A stretch of DNA of 64,000 nt from Dipteris shenzhenensis. Lineage: Eukaryota. The position numbers and the translations under genes are program-made. The notes beneath the pieces were generated by a model. That model was not told where the DNA came from. It was given only the letters and a program-made list of their open reading frames with translations, and ran no database searches. Positions 1 to 13,425 of this stretch are shown here, one piece after another; position 1 is the first letter of the stretch, and each line of letters opens with the position of its first letter. Location: NCBI GenBank assembly GCA_047967505.1, contig CM106538.1; one strand, 5' to 3'.

Positions 1-1078
1 CACAAAAAGGAAAAGAGAAGGTAGATCAGCCCATGTTTGATGTAAATGCAGGTCACTCTTATGTGGACGGTGAATCCAATGGCTGAGAACAGAGCATTGA
101 TGATGAGTTGGGTATTCCTTCTATTGTTACACCTAGATTAAGGAAGACCAGGGATGTTTTGAGAGCACCTGGAAGCGAGCCTATTTTGCACAGGTTTACC
201 AGAGCTAAGTATCCTGTGGATAGGCTGAAATATGATGGATTTACAGCCATTCACTATGCCTATATGATCAAAGTGATATAGGAACCAGAACCCACTTCTT
301 TGAGCAAGCCATGGGAAAAGAAAAATGGGAGAAAGCCATGGATGAAGAAATGGATGCCTTGGAAGCAAATGCTACATGGGAATTGGTGCCTTTCCCTAAA
401 GACAAGAATGCAATTGGCTATAAGTGGGTTTATAAGGTGAAGCACAATGCACATGGTTCTGTGAACAGATACAAGGTAAGATTAGTTGTCAAGGGGTATG
501 CACAGACATATGGCATTGATTATGAAGAACATTCAGTTCGGTTGCAAGGATGGCAGCCGTAAGAGCAATCATTGCTATGGCTGCATCAAAGGGATGGTCT
601 TTACATCAGATGGATGTAAAGAATGCCTTCTTCCATGGTGATTTGCAAGAATAGGTCTTTATGGAGCAGCCACTAGGTTATGTTCATGCTGTTCATCCTG
701 AGTTTGTTTGCAGGTTGAAGAAAGCCTTGTATGGCTTGAAGCAAGCACCTAGAGCATGGTCTGACAAGATAGGACAATATCTTGTCACTATTGGCTTTCA
801 AATTTCCAAGGCATATTTCTCACTTTATGTGAGAAAAACAGAGAAAGGTATTATGCTGCTTGTCATTTATGTTGATGATTTGATCATCACAGGTGATAGT
901 GATGAAGATATCCTTCATGTGAAAATGCTATTGAAGCAAAAGTTTGAGATGAAGGATTTGGGAGAGCTGCGTTATTTCTTGGGCATTGAGGTGATTAGAT
1001 CACCAAGTGGGATACGGCTCTTACAGAGGCAGTATGGATTGGACATGCTGTCCAAATATGGGATGACAGGCTATAAGC
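1..1078 (+). mobile_element. Ty1/copia family A internal fragment (INT-RT linker and RT), degenerate, truncated at 3' end
   Basis: ORFs 311..562 and 661..1083 carry KARLV-like, [11 protein letters not shown] and YVDD motifs; near-identical to 22250-23320. Confidence 0.93.
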
Positions 1079-1080
1079 TT

Positions 1081-1548
1081 TAATAGATCCTGTCCCCAGA
1101 TTCACCCTGACTGTAGTGTCTCGATTCTGGATTGTCAGTCTATCAGTTCCCTAGTCATGCAGGACTGATGATTCTCGTAACCAAGGACATCCCAGTAAGA
1201 TTTGATAGGATTTTTTGGGGAGATCCAAGATTGTGAATTGAAGGGAAAAGCGAGCTTCTGCGATCTTTGTGGACACACCATTCACTATTCCTAAGGGTTT
1301 AGCCCATGAATCAGCGGCAAGGTGTATGTTGAAATTAGCCTTTTGCATGGGTGGGAGACCCCATTCTTCATAGAGCTCCTTTGATAAGACATTTACACCT
1401 GCTCCACCATCCACTATGGCTTGGACTTCATTATATGCCTTGTGGATCAAAGGCACAATAATCTTGTGTATGTTATCTCTCTCACCCATCCACATAGGGA
1501 TATCTTCAATGTTGTTCATAGGTGGAGGGGGATTTGCGAGTTCAACCA
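1081..1548 (-). mobile_element. Ty3/gypsy aspartic protease fragment (same family as 31670-31870)
   Basis: Translation AIVDGGAGVNVL...ILLGCPWL is a retropepsin signature; nucleotide match to 31670-31870 in reverse orientation. Confidence 0.8.
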
Positions 1549-1648
1549 NNNNNNNNNNNNNNNNNNNNNNNNNNNNNNNNNNNNNNNNNNNNNNNNNNNN
1601 NNNNNNNNNNNNNNNNNNNNNNNNNNNNNNNNNNNNNNNNNNNNNNNN
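1549..1648. other. Assembly gap (100 N)
   Basis: Run of N. Confidence 1.
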
Positions 1649-4012
1649 TTTCTCACAAGCACAATGGGGGAATACACACAAAGGTGGAGGCTGAAAACAG
1701 TTTTCCTCTTCTTAGTTGTGAAAGCCAAAAGAACACTAGTACAAAGAAATAGAAGAACCCTATATGTGGGTCTCAAACCAAACTCAACTAACTAAGGTGG
1801 CATACGAACTGAGCCACGAACTAGTGTAATAAGGATAGCTATCATCCAATTATTATTCGTGGGTGGTGTACCAACCGCATCTGTAGCTAACAAGTCGGTG
1901 ACATAAATGCACAACGGTCACCCTGGCATATCGCGAGTGGAGCTCGATATCTCAACACTCCCCCCTCGAGCTCAATCCCAATCCTGCACACCAAGCAGGT
2001 CTCTAAACTTGCACAGCTTCTCTGCGCCCAATGCCTTTGTGAATAGGTCAGCTACTTGATCCTCTGTGTTGACATAAACTAGATCAATAAGACCTAGTAA
2101 AAACCTTCTCCCACACATAGTGATAATGCACCTCAATGTGCTTTCTTCTAGCATGATAGACTGGGTTATTTGCCAAGTGTATACTTCTCATGTTGTCACA
2201 ATAAATGACAACTCACCCATCTGTAGACTGATTCATATCATAGAGTAGCTTTGCAACCAAGCTACCTCACATGCAGCCATTGCTGCACCCCTGTACTCAG
2301 CCTCTGTGCTCGACAAGGCAACTGTAGGCTGTTTCTTGCTGCTCCAAGTGACTGCAGCACTCCCAAAAGAGAACACATATCCACTAGTAGATCGTCTATC
2401 AGAAATACTACCAGCCCAATCAGCATCAGTGTATCCATGCAACTGTATCTGAACCCTAGCCTCATAAAATAGTCCATACTGCAATGTGGACTTCACATAC
2501 CTGAGTATGCGTCTAGCCGCATCCAAATGCAGTTTCCTTGGAGCCTGCATAAACTGACTTACCAACCCAACAGCATAGCTCAAATATGGCCTGGTAATAG
2601 TCATGTAAATCAAACTTCCTACTATGCATCTGTACATAGTAGGGTCTTCCAGAAGCTCACCTGCATCTGCGCTCAGCTTCACATTCTACTCAAACGAACT
2701 GAAATAGGCTTACAGCCTGTCATCCCAAATTTGGACAACATGTCCAGTCCATACTGCCTCTTCAAGAGCTGTATCCCACTTGGTGATCTAATCACCTCAA
2801 TGCCCAAGAAATAATGCAGCTCTCCCAAATCCTTCATCTCAAACTTCTACTTCAATAGCATTTTCACATGAAGGATGTCTTCATCACTATCACCTGTGAT
2901 GATCAAATCATCAACATAAATGACAAGCAGCATAATACCTTTCTCTGTTTTTCTCACATAGAGTGAGAAATGTGCCTTGGAAATCTGAAAGCCAATAGTA
3001 ACAAGATACTGTCCTATCTTGTCAGACCATGCTCTAGGTGCTTGCTTCAAGCCATACAAGGCTTTCTTCAACCTGCAAACAAACTCAGGATGAACAGCAT
3101 GCACATAGCCTGGTGGCTGCTCTATATAGACCTCTTCTTGCAAATCACCATGCAAGAAGGCATTCTTTACATCCACCTGATGTAAAGACCATCCCTTTGA
3201 TGCAGCCATAGCAATGACTGCTCTTACAGTCGCCATCCTTGCAACTGGACTAAATATTTCTTCATAATCAATGCCATATGTCTGTGCATACCCCTTGACA
3301 ACTAATCTTGCCTTGTATCTGTTCCACAGAACCATCTACATTGTGCTTCACCTTATAAAACCCATTTACAGCCAATTGCATTCTTGTCTTTAGGCAAAGG
3401 CACCAATTCCCATGTTGCATTTGCATCCAAGGCATCCATTTCTTCATCCATGGCTTTCTCCCATTTTTCTTTTCCCATGGCTTGCTCAAAAGAAATGGGT
3501 TCTGGTTCCTGTATCACTTTGACCATATAGGCATAGTGAATGGCTGTAAATCCATCATATTTCAGCCTATCCATAGGATACCTAGCTCTGCTAGACCTGC
3601 GCAAAATAGGCTCACTCCCAGGTGCTCTCAAAACATCCCTGGTCTTCCTTACTCCAGGTGTAACAACAGAAGGAATACCCAACTCATCATCAATGGTCTG
3701 TTCTGAGCCACTGGATTCACCATCCACATAAGAGTGACCTGCATTCACATCAAACATGGGCTGATCTACCTTCTCTTTTCTTTTTCGTGATACCTGCGTA
3801 CCACTATCTGCATTGCTTTGAGGAGATTCTCCTGATCTCAATCTACCTCATGGTGAGGTATGTGAACCACTGCTAGAGGACACTGCAGGTCCACTGATAT
3901 TTTGTGATTGCTGCTGTGAATTCTATGCAGCATTACCATTTTGTGCATCTACATCAATCATCACATTTACTGGTTATACCAGCTGCTCATCTCATCAAAA
4001 ACAACATCTCTG
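1649..4012 (-). mobile_element. Copia family A 3' half (RT-RNaseH, PPT, 3' LTR 1649-1957 cut by the gap), 5'-truncated
   Basis: Minus-strand ORFs with YVDD, DADWAG and SSTEAEY; the reverse strand reads PPT GAGGGGGGAG then TGTTGAGATATC. Confidence 0.93.
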
Positions 4013-5603
4013 ATATCACTAGTGACACTCAGTAGATGGAATGTGTATCAGCTAAATGTCAAGAATGCTTTTCTCAATGGTTACCTAGACGAGGAAGTCT
4101 ACATGCAACAACCATTAGGTTATGTTGAACCAGGAAAGGAGAATAAGGTTTGCCATCTTAAGAAAAGTCTCTATGGCTTAAAGCAAGCACCCAAAAGTTG
4201 GTACAATAGAATCGATGTGTATTTTGCTGATCTAGGATACATGAAATCCAATGCAGATCATACTCTCTACTACAAAGTTCACGGGGAAGACATTACTATT
4301 GCACTTTTGTACGTAGATGACCTGATTGTGATAGGAAGAAAGGATATCTTCATCAAGAAATGAAAACAAGACTTATTTGCAGAGTTCGACATGAAAGATC
4401 TTGGACTTATGCACTATTGTCTTGGAATTGAGTTTTGGAGAGATTCAAACATCACCTTTATGAGTCAGCTCAAGTATGTTGACAGTCTCTTGAAGAAGTT
4501 TCATATGGTAGGTTGCAAGATTGTAGCCACTCCCATGGAACATAGTTTGAAAACTTACAAAAGACTCAGCAAAACCCACAGTCAATGATAGATACTATAG
4601 GTAGCTCATCAAATCTCTTATATATCTGACTATTCACACAGCCATATATTTGTTGTGTAGTAAGTTCACTAGCACAGTTTATGGCAAATCCAAAACAGTC
4701 TCACTGGAATGTAGCCAAAAGAGTCTTGAGATACATCAAAGGTACAAGACAATTTGGAATAGAATACAAAGGAAGTCATCCATGGTTGCATGGATATTAT
4801 GACAAGTGACTATGTCGGAGATCATGAGACCAGGAGATCCACACAGGGATATGCATATTTCCTTGTTCATGGTGCTATATATATTGTGGTTGTCAAACAA
4901 ACAACCAACTGTTTCTTTGTCTTCAACTGAAGTAGAATATAGAGCACTCACTACAGGTGCATGTGAAACTATATGGCTTAGAAGACTATTGTCAGAAAAA
5001 GATTACTTTGATGAATGAAATCCAACAACAATATACTATGATAACCAATCGGCTCAAGCATTGGCCAAGAATCTAGTATATCACTCCAAGACAAAGCACA
5101 TTGATGTTAGAGAGCACTTCATCAGAGAAAGAGTGTTACTTGGTGACATCATATGCAAACATTATGACAACAAATAGAATGTTGTAGACACCTTTACCAA
5201 ACCACGCGATAAAGAGCTTTTCAAGGAACATCAACAAGCTCTTGGTTTGATGCAGAGGAAGGACATTCCCATGAAAGGGGTGTGATGGAATGTAATGTTC
5301 AGTCCTTCTTTGATTCCCCAGAATCATCATCTTGAGGGAAGGCCTACTTCATGATGTTGATCTTGAGGGAAGGTGGTGAGAGATCATGCTCAACATCATG
5401 TTATCATATGTGCATATCACTAACAAAATAGAGTGCTATAAAGGAAAGGGCTAGATGCCCTAACCCTAACCCTAAATGGGTTTGTATATATTGTACATTT
5501 TCAACTAAATCTAGTGTACAGCTAGTTATTTGTGGTGTGCTCTCTAGCGATGCCCTCTCTCCTCATGTCCACTCTTCTCCTCTCCCCTCTTCATATTTTG
5601 TCA
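4011..5603 (+). mobile_element. Copia family B 3' fragment (RT-RNaseH, PPT, 3' LTR about 5281-5603)
   Basis: [23 protein letters not shown] and YVDD motifs; PPT AAAGGGGG; LTR colinear with 58736-59085 and ending TTTGTCA. Confidence 0.9.
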
Positions 5604-5809
5604 ACTCTTGCCAGCATAATACGTCCCATGGGGCCTATAAGATTGCATAAGATATTCACATATAGCCAGCAATGCCAACACACACACAACCCACAATTAA
5701 TTTTCCCTAACCCTAAGCCATTGTTATGAACCCTAGATACAGGCCACCAAAATTAGCACACACGACACAGGCCCAATAAACCAAAAGTAGCATATACCAT
5801 CAGCATTCC

Positions 5810-6405
5810 AAGAGGAGGAGAAGGGAGGAAGAGGAGGAAGAGGGAGGAGGAGGAGGGAGGAGGAGAGGGAGAGGAGGGAGGAGGAGAGGGAGAGGATGGG
5901 TTGCAAGGTTGGAGGAGAGGGGAGGAGAAGTTGCAAGGTTAGGACATGCTTTTGGATGTGGAGTGCAAGGAAGCATGGACACTTGAGACAATTGCTTGGA
6001 ATACCAAAGTAGAACTCAACACATAGTCCCAAAGAGTGTGGGCTTTATTCCATTATGGGGTATATATACAAGTTGAAGAGCTTCTCTCTCTGCATGTAGA
6101 AAGTGTAACACATTCTCTCTCTACATGTAGAAGTTGTATGTAGAAGTTGTATACACTCTCTTTCTACATGGAGAACTCCCATATAGAAGTTGTAACACAT
6201 TCTGTTTCTACATATATAGAAGTTGTAACACATTCTTTTCTACATGTAGAACTCGCATATAGAAGTTGCATGTAGAAGTCATATGTACAACTCGCATGTA
6301 GAACTTGCATGTATAACTTGCATGTACAACTTGCATGTTGTACAACTCGCATGTACAACTTGCATGTAGGAGTCGTATGTAGAACTTGCATGTAGAACAT
6401 GCAAG
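5810..6405 (-). repeat. Dispersed repeat (GA-rich tract, unique core, TGCATGTAGAA/TGTAACAC minisatellite); inverted copy of 53580-54190
   Basis: Core 5890-6100 is the reverse complement of 53945-54160; both give similar spurious peptides SQVSMLPCTPHPK. Confidence 0.85.
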
Positions 6406-7493
6406 TTGGATTTCTAAGAGGGATTATTACTAACCTTATGTAAGTACAAGTGGAGCTTTGCCGCTACTCTACACACACATTCTATTCTACCTAAGTCCAT
6501 GTTGGCACAGAGACAACAGCTTCTTTGCATGATGGTGGGTGTTGGTGTGTGTGTGTGTGTGTCTATGTGTGGGGCATTGCTAGCTGCAGGCTATGGTTGG
6601 CCTACACATGGCTTAACCCCTCATGCAAGCTTATAGGCTATGACTTTATGTGCTAGCAAGTTTGCGTCGAAGCATGGCTAGTCTGCATGATGGTGCGCGC
6701 ATGTGTGTTTTTTTTTGTGAAGGCATTGTTGGCTATTACATGGGACAAGCCCTTGTGAAAATTTATAATAGGCTGTAACCTTTTGTAATGCCTATTGTAA
6801 TGGCAAGAATAGCCATGTCTTATTTGCATGATGTTTCTCTATTTCCTCTAGGCCACCCAATGGCATCTCCATTTTCACAGGTTGTGTTCCATTTGTAGGA
6901 TCACCTTGGTGTGATTACTGTAGATTTTAATGGCTCTTATGGTGCATTTTTGAGGGTGCTTATGCTTTTAGGTTCACCTTGGCATGATTATTGTGTGTTA
7001 TGGGTTGTGTGTGTGTCTTTGTCTCTGTCTATGTGTGTGGAATTTTTGGATGTTTGTTAATTTCTTCATTGCTATTTACTTTGGGCTTTTTAGTTGCGTG
7101 AAGAAATTTGGGAGCTTTTAGAGACCCTATTGAAGTTCTATCTATAGGCTCATCTTGGTATGATTATTGCGGACAAAAATGGCTTTTAGTGTGCATGTAT
7201 GTACCTGTGATGTATGTGTTTGTTTGTCTAGATTTGAGTTGTCTTCATATTGTTTTATTGCGGTAGATGTCTACACTATAGACTCTGGCTTTTGTGGGTT
7301 TTGTCTGTGTGGTGTGTGCTAGTTTTGGTGGATTATGTCTTGGGTTTTGGTGAATGGAACAGTGGTTTTAGATAAACAGAATGTTGGTTTCAAGAAAAGC
7401 ATTAGGGGTTGTGTTGTGTTGTTTGGCTATTTGTGAATAGCTGGAATCTTCCCTCGCTAGAGCCATCTCCATTGAGAGAAAGGATGCACACTC

Positions 7494-7819
7494 CCGATGC
7501 ATAGACACTCGTGACCTTTTCACCCCCTCCCCCCCTCCCCCCTCCATCTCCACCACCCCCTCCCCCCTCCACCACCACCCCCTTGTGAAGATAGTGGGAA
7601 AGAAGGAAGGAGTCTCACTTGCGGCTTTCTCATATACACAATGGGGGATCATGTGGATCTCGATCCGATGCATAGACACTCGTGACCTTTTCACCCCCTC
7701 CCCCCCTCCCCCCTCCATCTCCACCACCCCCTCCCCCCTCCACCACCACCCCCTTGTGAAGATAGTGGGAAAGAAGGAAGGAGTCTCACTTGCGGCTTTC
7801 TCATATACACAATGGGGGA
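7494..7819. repeat. Direct duplication of 155 bp (7494-7648 and 7665-7819) spanning an LTR end and its flank
   Basis: Apparently identical copies separated by a 16-nt spacer rich in GATC. Confidence 0.9.
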
Positions 7820-10104
7820 ATACACACAAAGGTGGAGGCTGAAAACAGTTTTCCTCTTCTTAGTTTTGAAACCCAAAAGAACTTTAGTACAAACAAATAG
7901 AAGAACTCTATAGTGGGTCTTAAACCAAACTCAGCTAACTAAGGTGGCATACTAACTGAGCCACAAACTAGAGTACATAAGGATAGCTATCATCCAACTA
8001 TTATTCATGGGCGGTGTACCAACTGCATCTGCAGCTAACAAGTCGGTGACATAAATGCACAATGGTCACCCTGGTATATCACGAGTGGAGCTCAATATCT
8101 CAACACTCCCCCTCGAGCTCAATCCCAATTCCTGCACACCAAGCAGGTCTCTGAACTTGTGCAGCTTCTCTATGCCCAATGCCTTCGTGAATATGTTAGC
8201 TACCTGATCCTCTGTGCTAACATAAACTAGATCAATAAGACCTAGTAAAAGCTTCTCCCGCACATAGTGATAATGCACCTCAATATGCTTTGTTCTAGCA
8301 TGATAGACTGGGTTATTTGCCAAGTGTATACTACTCATGTTGTCACAATAAATGACAATTGGCCCATCTATAGACTGATGCATATCATAAAGTAGCTTAT
8401 GCAACCAAGCTACCTCACATGCAGCCATTGCTGCACCCCTGTACTCAGCCTCTGTACTTGACAAGGCAACTGTAGGCTGTTTTTGTGGGGGTTAAAGGTC
8501 ACTGTGCCTTTACCTCAGTTATGTACAATACTCAAACACATATATAAATGAATGAAAAAGAAGATTAGGGTGGTTCTGCACCCACCAAAACTTGTATGCT
8601 CTCTGTCTCCCTCTGTCTCTCTCTCTCCTTCTTCCGTTCTTGCTTCCGTTGAGAGCACTCTCAACTGGTATCAGAGCCCGAGTGATCTAGCTGAGCATGC
8701 GTGAATGCTTGAAGCTCAGCAGCTCTGTGGGAGGAAGGAGAAGCTTTGTGGGAAGCTTTGTGAGTGACTTTACTTGCATCCGAGTGTGTAGAGACCTTGG
8801 AGGAACATTTGGAAAAGTCACTTTGGCTTTGCGAAGTGGTTTTGAGAGCCTGTTAAGAGCTTTCAAAGAAAAAGTCGTTTTTTGAGCTTTTCCCTAGTCC
8901 GTTCGATGACAGAGACTCCATATTGACTTGTAGAGGCAACTATTGCTTGCTTTTGGTGTCCACATTACTTCAAGAGCTTGGAAACACCTTCATTCTTGAA
9001 TCTGGGATCATTTCATTGGATTTCTAACTCACTGTGTCAATTCCTGCGTTTTTTGCCCGGGTGTTGGAACTCAAGTTTGGAGCAACCATTTGTAGATCTG
9101 TCAGTTTCGGTGGACTCAGGAGGTCCTAAAACTTCTATGTTGCTCATCATTCGCACTTCGGTGGAGTTTACAAACAGCTCTGTTTCAAAAAACGTTTTTC
9201 AGCCCGTGTGTTGGACCCAGTGATTGAGACCACGGTTTCCAAAACTATCTGTCCCATTGCGTTTCGGACACCCAAAAACCCCTACCTATCAGTTCTTACG
9301 CGATTTGGTGGAGGATTTTCAGAGTTATAAATCTCTGTGTATTCGATTTCGTCTCTCTGTTATGCATTTTTCATACTAAGGTTTTGAAACCTTAGATTTA
9401 TGCCACATGGCAGTGGATAAGTGTTGACTCCCATTTCTCACTCATCGGCGGTTGGGATTTTGGAGTTCTGGCAGAAGAGAGATATTTGCAGATTTTCTTG
9501 CTGAGTCCGATTATGCAATGGCGCCCATGTTTTGAAGCATCTTAGGTTCTATTTTCAGTAGCGCTCATTACCGTGGGACTATGATTTCTTGAGCACACCT
9601 TATGCAGATCACTCTGGTTGCAGTTTGAGCAGTGTGCACTCATTCGTGGTATGCATTAGGTTGCAATGGATGATTTATAGGCCATTTGGATGCATTGCGG
9701 TCCTTGTTGGATGCACTGATAGGCCCAAATTGCCTTGTGGGATGCTATTTTTTATGGACGCTTTGCACATGGATGCTATTTTATGCTGAGGGATAGCTTT
9801 GACACATTGTTGGTGATGCACTGATAGTGCTATGCTCTCTTGGATGAGATATAATTGATGCATATGCCAATGGATGGTGTTTATGCTTGAGTCATTTGGC
9901 ACTTATTAGCATTTTCTTTTGGGCCAGATTTGCTCATATGGATGCATAGTATATGCACATGAGTCAGATGCATCTTTTGATGCTTTGAGCTTTGAGTTTT
10001 GGTGATATTTCACTCTATTGTGCCATACACATTTGGGTGCACCTGGTATTTGGTGTGATTCTCTCTTGAGGCACTAGCATTTGGGATTTTGCTTTATTTG
10101 CATC

Positions 10105-13100
10105 ATGGCATCCTCTTCCATGTCTGAAAAGGAGTTTTTCAGCATTAAAAAGTTTGATGGGACAAACTTTTCTTTGTTGAAAGAACAAATAAGGAATGTG
10201 CTTATTCAAAAGAAGCAGATTAAACCCTTGGCAAGTATTGAAGCTAAGCCTGCAGATATGTCTGAGGATGATTGGAATGAGTTGGATGCATTAGCAAAGT
10301 CTACTATTAGACTTCATCTTGCAGAGTCAGTTTATTTCACAGTAGTAAATGAGCAGACTACAGAAGATTTGTAGAAGAAACTGTGTGCCACTTATGAGAA
10401 GGAAACTACTTCTAATAAAGTTTACCTCATGAAGAGGTTGTTTGAGCTGCAAATGAAGGAAGGGGTCTCCATTGCTTCTCACTTGAATGAATTCAATATT
10501 ATTTTCAGCCAGCTTCAGGCTTAGAAAATGAATTTTGATGCAGAGACTAAGGCAATATTTCTCTTATGTTCATTGCCATCCTCATGGGATACCTTCCATA
10601 CAGCTATCAGTAACTCTGCACCTGGTGGAGTACTGAAATTTGATGATGTTGTGGGTAGCTTGTTGGCCGAGGAGATTAGACGGAAGTCTATGGATGGCAA
10701 CAAGCAGGATGCATCCTTAAATGTGCAAAGGGGTAGATCACAGTTCAGGGGGAAGTCCCAAGAAAGAGGGAAGTCTCGTAGCAAATCCAGGGCACGGAAC
10801 ATTGAGTGTTACCATTGTGGCAAGAAGGGCCATATGAAAAAGGATTGCTACAAGCTAAAAAGAGAGCAAAAGAATAAGAAAAAGAATGCAAATTGGGGTG
10901 CAAATCAAAAGGAAGAAAGTCCAAGGGAAGACAAAGCAAAAGTGAAGATCGAGGAGATCAATGCAGTCACACATGATAGTGACAATGACGTTCTCTTCAT
11001 GTCTAGTTTATCTGTAGAGTTGCTTACCACTTCAGATGATGCATATTCCCAAGATTGGATTTTGGATTCTGGTGCTTCATTCCATGTTACTCCCCATAGG
11101 GAATGGTTCTCCACTTATGATAGTGGAAAGACAGGTTGTGTGCATCTTGGAAATGACTATGCATGTGACATAGTGGGAGTAGGTGACATAGTGGGCTCTA
11201 TGCTTTTGGCCAGGGGTGCCAAGTGTGGGACTTTGTATCCCTTACATGTATCAGGGGTATTTGATCATGTTGTTGCAATAACCGAGCAGCCAAGCACTTC
11301 TTTGTGGCATTACAGGTTGGGGCACATGAGCCAGAATGGAATGAAACTCTTATGCCGTTTGGGTTATATACCGCATTTGAGTTTCTCTAATTTTGAATTT
11401 TGTGAGCACTGTCTCTATGGGAAGCAGACTAAATCAGCCCATAAAAGAAAAGGAAAGAAAGAGTTTGAAATGCTTGATTTGGTGCATTCAGACGTATGTG
11501 GTCCCATGCCTACACGGTCATTAGGCAGGCTTGAATACTTTGTGACATTCATTGATGATGCAACTAGGAAAGTGTGGGCTTATGCTATAGCTTGGAAGAG
11601 TGATGTGTTCTAGGTATTTCAGAAATGGCTGGCCTTGGTTGAGAATCAGTCAGGTAGAATGCTTAAATGCCTACGGACTGACAATGGTGGAGAGTATCTC
11701 TCTCATGACTTTCAGCATTTCTATCATACACGTGGGATTAAGAGGGAGCTCACATCCCCTCGTACTCCAGAGCAAAATCCAATTGCAGAAAAGATGAACC
11801 GTACCATTCAAGAAAGGTTGCAATGCATGCTTTCCAATGCAAGTCTTTCTGGTGGTTTTTGGGCTGAGGCAATGAAGACTGCAGTGCATGTGATCAATAG
11901 ATCACCTAGTAAGAGTTTGGATGGTGGTATTCCTGAAGAGGCATGGAGTGGAAAGAAGCCCTCTTACTCTCATTTGCGTATATTTGGGTGTGAGGCATAT
12001 GCACATGTGCCAAAAGAGCTTTGAAAGAAGCTAGATCCTAAGTCTAGGAAATGCATCTTTCTAGGTTATGGTGAAAGTGGAGAGATGGGCTATCGTCTCT
12101 GGGATCCAGAAGCAAAGAAGATCATATGCAGCCATGATGTGGTCTTCAATGAGAAGAAGATGCATAAGGCACCCATGAGGGATGTGGAAATGAGGAGAAT
12201 CACTTTCCAGGATGTGAATCCACCTGCCTATGTTGATAGACAGCAAGCTGTCCATGCACCAAATGTGCAAGAAATGGTACCACCAAGTACTCCCACAGGT
12301 ATACAATCAAGGGTAGATGATGGATCATCTATTGGTGGAAATGATGAGCCAAATGTGGCTGATATGCAGGTGGGACAGCAAGCTGAAATGCCCTTGAGAA
12401 GATCATCTAGAGTGTCTAGACCGCCTGATAGGTTTGTTCCAGGGGTAGACTATGTGATGCTTACTGATTGCAGGGAGCCTTCTTGCTACAGAGAGGCTAT
12501 GATGCGTGAGGATAAACGCAAGTGGGAGTATGCTATGCAATCAGAGATGAGTTCACTCATGAAAAATAAGACTTGGGACTTGGTTTCTTTGCCACATGGA
12601 AAGAAAGCATTGCCATGTAAATGGGTCTACAAAATGAAGGTCACAGGTGATGATGTGCCTAGGTACAAGGCCCGTTTGGTTGCTAAAGGGTTCAAGCAAG
12701 AGAAGGGTGTGGACTTTGATGAGATATTCTCTCCGGTTGTGAAGATGACCACACTTAGATGCATGCTTGGACTAGTGGCAGTAGAGGATATGGAGCTTAT
12801 GCAAATGGATGTCAAGACAGCTTTCTTGCATGGGGATTTGCATGAGGACATCTACATGGTGCAGCCGGAAGGCTTTGAAGAAAAGGGCAAAGAGCATTTA
12901 GTTTGCAAGCTGAAAAAGAGTCTCTATGGTCTTAAGCAAGCACCTATAGAATGGTATCAGAAGTTTGATGCTTTCATTCGGTCCCAGGGTTTTAGAAGGA
13001 GTGAAATTGATCACTGCCTCTACACTAAAAGGGCTAAGGATAATAGCCTAATAATCCTGGCACTATATGTGGATGATATGCTATTGGCTAGCAAGAATAC

Positions 13101-13425
13101 TTATGAGCTAGATGCATTAAAGGCCAAGTTGCATGAGGCCTTTGATATGAAGGATTTGGGACTTGCAGGTCATATTCTTGGTATGCGCATCACGCGTGAT
13201 CGGAGTAGGAAACTCCTTTGGCTTTCACAAAAAGAGTATGTTACAAAAGTATTGCAGCATTTCAATATGGAGGGGGGGAAGGCAGTGAGTACTCCATTGC
13301 CTCCATATGTGAAACTGAGTCATACAGATAGTCCCAAATCAGATGAGGAAAGGGCCATGATGGCCAAGGTTCCTTATGCATCAGCAGTTGGGAGTCTTAT
13401 GTATGCTAAGATAGCTACTAGACCA
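10105..13425 (+). pseudogene. gag-pol of element C (Gag, CCHC knuckle, PR DSGAS, INT, RT) with several stops; continues at 24419-25035 (RNaseH)
   Basis: ORFs 10081, 10528, 11635, 12085 and 24545; CYHCGKKGHMKKDC, WILDSGASFH, HSDVCGP, YVDDML. Confidence 0.92.

Noticed and set aside
8666-8677. tRNA-Met-complementary sequence as a tRNA gene
   Set aside because: It is only a 12-nt primer-binding site of an LTR element.
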